This document shows positions 61,301 through 64,000 of a DNA stretch of 64,000 nucleotides, one piece after another; within the stretch, counting starts at the first letter, position 1; every line of letters starts with the position of its first letter. The notes beneath the pieces were generated by a model. The model worked only from the letters and a program-made list of their open reading frames with translations, had not been told where the DNA came from and searched no databases. Both the position numbers and the translations under genes were made by a program. The DNA is from Macrostomum lignano. Its lineage: Eukaryota. Location of the stretch: NCBI GenBank assembly GCA_002269645.1, contig NIVC01002868.1:69734-133733 (forward strand), read 5' to 3'.

Positions 61301-62801
61301 CCTGAGATTGAACTAACCCACCGTGCACCAAATCCGTTCCAACTACATGTAACTCACGAAATCAGCTTTTCCTTTACAATCAGATATACGACTAGATGGG
61401 GCACTGGACTTACCTGTAAACTTTTTGCTGTCCATCCCCAAATTATATTTGATATCAAGGGACACTGCTGGACTACATTGCATTGACCATACAGGGACAG
61501 AGAGAACTTTTGTAGGAGGTAACTTGAATTGAACCTTTATACACTGCTGAACATAAATACATTATCGAATAACCATAATGTACATGCATATGTACGGTCT
61601 TGGCCTGAAATGCCCCGACTTAGCAAATAATATGTATGATTTAGCGGAAAATATGCGGAACTACATATGTAAAACTACACTACATGCAGAACCAACATGC
61701 TGTGCTGATCTCAAATGATCTCAGGCTTCATCGCTAACTTGATGACGAAGGGGGATGATGACTTAAGTCTCGGCGAAACTAGTTAAATCGTCAAGTTTTC
61801 TCACTGGACGAGACCGGGATGGCTCTGACATCCAGACCCACAAACTAGCTACTCTACTGGGAGACCTCTCAGACTCCAGGGGACTTTGCAGGAGCCGAGC
61901 CAAAAGTGCCAATTTTGAGACCATGAATCATCATTCAAGTTATAAAGAACGTAGTTGAGAGAGGAGCCAAGCTGAGGGTAAAAAACTTTTTGGAGTAAAA
62001 ACGTGACGGATCATAGGCAAATCCATCTGAGTGCAACACCACAGAAAAATGTGCAAACTTACGGATTCTGTGAGGCCGTGAATAAACCCCGATCTATCCA
62101 CCGATAGTCGCAGCTCTCTAAAAATAGTTTTAAATTTAATTTTATTTGTAACTAAACAGATCCGGAATATGCCTGCCTACTTTGCTGTGGAGAAACCTGT
62201 AAATTACGGTAAATAACGTTTCAGAGTCAGAGTTAGCAAGAACTCACAGCTCAATTTCCGCAGCCATATCTTTGTAGCCACTGCGCCGAGCAAGATCCAA
62301 CGCTGTTTGCCCGTCGGCATCTGTCTGTCTGACCAAGCAGCTCTTCTCTTGTTTCGTTTCCAAACCTCCTACTGTTGTTCCAGGCCTTCTGCCGCAACAG
62401 GTGCAACAGGTGCTTGGCGCATCTCCAGCTGCCGGTCCGCGACGCCTCCATCAGCGGAGTGGCGCCCTGCTGGTTCGACAGCCACTTCGCATTGAACGGC
62501 AGCAGCTCCAGCAGCCGCAGATGGTCCCGCTGGGCCGCAAGGTGAGCAGCCGTGTTTCCAGTTTGATCAGCTGCCATGGGATCCGCGCCCAGCTGGATAA
62601 GTACCGTATGCACTTTTCAGACTGTACGATTGTCGAACGAGTGCCAGCCACCAGCATGAGGACAGTCCTACCTGCCCCATCAGCCGCAGCTACCAGCTGC
62701 TCTGTAGCCTGCTGACGTAGCAGAGGGTAGTCACCGCGGATGACGAGCCTGCAGAGCTTTTGTAACTGAAAGTTCCAGTATGGTTTTTGGTCATGCTTCA
62801 T
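58370..62801 (-). pseudogene. Ankyrin-repeat + MAP3K/STE11-like kinase gene; exons ~62801-62246, 61171-60681, 59812-59458, 58882-58370
   Basis: Ankyrin motifs GNTAAHLAA, GATPLMEA, GLTPLMVAA; kinase GRGGFG, HRDINCAN, DFG, GTLNFMAPE, SDIWALGC. The last three exons are phase-compatible. The first exon has two frameshifts. Confidence 0.8.
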
Positions 62802-62919
62802 GTTTGTCTGGTAGAAATAGACAGTTTAAACCTTGGCAGGAAATATAAGATTGTAATTTTTTAAGCTGCAAAATCACAGTTGAGTTGCAAACAAACAAGG
62901 TCGGGTTTCCAAACTTCGC

Positions 62920-63181
62920 CCCCTAGATGGCACCCCCTATAGATGGCACCCCCTATAGATGGCACCCCCTATAGATGGCACCCCTATAGATGGCACTCCT
63001 ATAGATGGCACCCCTATAGATGGCACCCCCTATAGATGGCACCCCTATAGATGGCACCCCTATAGATGGCACCCCTATAGATGGCACCCCCTATAGATGG
63101 CACCCCTATAGATGGCACCCCTATAGATGGCACCCCCTATAGATGGCACCCCCCTATAGATGGCACCCCCTATAGATGGCA
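62920..63181. repeat. 16-17-bp minisatellite (TATAGATGGCACCCC[C])
   Basis: About 16 tandem copies. Confidence 0.95.
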
Positions 63182-63609
63182 CGCCCGAGAATCAGCCTTC
63201 AGACAGCTCGCTAGCAACCAGGCACACCTCCAAGTCCATAAATCTCGAGAAGCGTTAGCCCTAAAAAAATTTTAATGTAACAAAATATCGCGGGTAAAAA
63301 TTTGAAAATCAATTGTAACCCCGCAAAAAGCTGTCAAGCCGATGGATTTTGGAGTTGCAAACTCGCGATCTAATATGTACGACTTTAGTGAAGGGATGGT
63401 GATCAGGAGTGCAAAAGAGCTGGGAAAAGTGGGAACTCAAAGGAGGAAAAGAAAATTCCTGGCAGTTGAGTAGGGAGGAGCAGATTTTTAGGGCAGTTCA
63501 ACAACAAAAGCGTCATTTGGGACTTGTGATTGTCTCGTTATTCACAGCCATTAAATCCAACCCCGAAGCCCGTAGCCACTTACAAGGGGAATTTCAGAGG
63601 TTATTGCAA

Positions 63610-63688
63610 GGAGAAGCTACATGTAATTTATTCAAAAAATTTGTATTCCATTCTTTGTTAGCTCCCCAACGGGGGCGCTGATTTCTAC
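63610..63688 (+). mobile_element. Helitron 3'-end-like fragment
   Basis: GCTACATGTA...GCTCCCCAACGGGGGCGCTGAT resembles the H4 3' segments; the terminal CTAG is degenerate (CTAC). Confidence 0.55.
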
Positions 63689-63689
63689 G

Positions 63690-63940
63690 CTCGCAGTTAT
63701 CAAACTATAATTTAGCAAACTATCGCAGTTATCAACTATAATTTAGCTAACTATCGCAGTTATCAACTATAATTTAGCTAACTATCGCAGTTATCAAACT
63801 ATAATTTACTAACATCGCAGTTATCAACTATAATTTAGCTAACTATCGCAGTTATCAACTATAATTTAGCAAACTATCGCAGTTATCAACTATAATTTAG
63901 CTAACTATCGCAAGTTATCAACTATTAATTTAGCTAACTA
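63690..63940. repeat. ~31-bp minisatellite (TATCGCAGTTATCAACTATAATTTAGCTAAC), ~8 copies
   Basis: Direct tandem repeats. Confidence 0.93.
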
Positions 63941-64000
63941 CGAAATACATGTACTACGTACTATCAACAAGAAAGCATTATTGAATTTAATGTTAGACAT

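Noticed and set aside
61739-61784. Second hammerhead-like motif (TGATGA...GGCGAAACTAGTT)
   Set aside because: Core C3 is missing and stem II does not pair cleanly; at best a dead relic.

Overview
Eukaryotic, repeat-dominated window from an invertebrate-like genome (GT-AG introns, TTAGGG repeats, GC-rich exons in AT-rich DNA). It is reminiscent of the flatworm Macrostomum, but that cannot be verified here. Bases 1-33638 form an almost continuous minus-strand head-to-tail train of at least 10 non-autonomous Helitrons (5'-TC...hairpin-CTAG/CTCG-3'). The larger ones carry a tRNA-derived A/B-box cassette followed by a 23-bp satellite. Six smaller ones of 1.2-2.8 kb are tandem units carrying (TTAGGG)3-4. 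The 12.6-kb third member appears to contain an intact three-exon RPA70-like gene (OB folds A+B only), a divergent two-exon RGG/zinc-knuckle/polyQ gene, and an intact Chapaev transposon (154-bp TIRs, TTCT TSD, 705-aa transposase). No Rep/helicase gene is visible. The right half holds a decayed P/THAP9-like transposase, an intronless TRIM-like ORF, and a Penelope remnant with a minimal hammerhead ribozyme. It also has a WSC/PAN pseudogene whose intron took an RTE LINE and then a 6.6-kb Helitron, a fold-back MITE, a decayed Ngaro/DIRS element with a SAP-domain gag, an ankyrin/MAP3K-like kinase (pseudo)gene, and many minisatellites. All domain calls are motif recognition by eye; no database searches were run.
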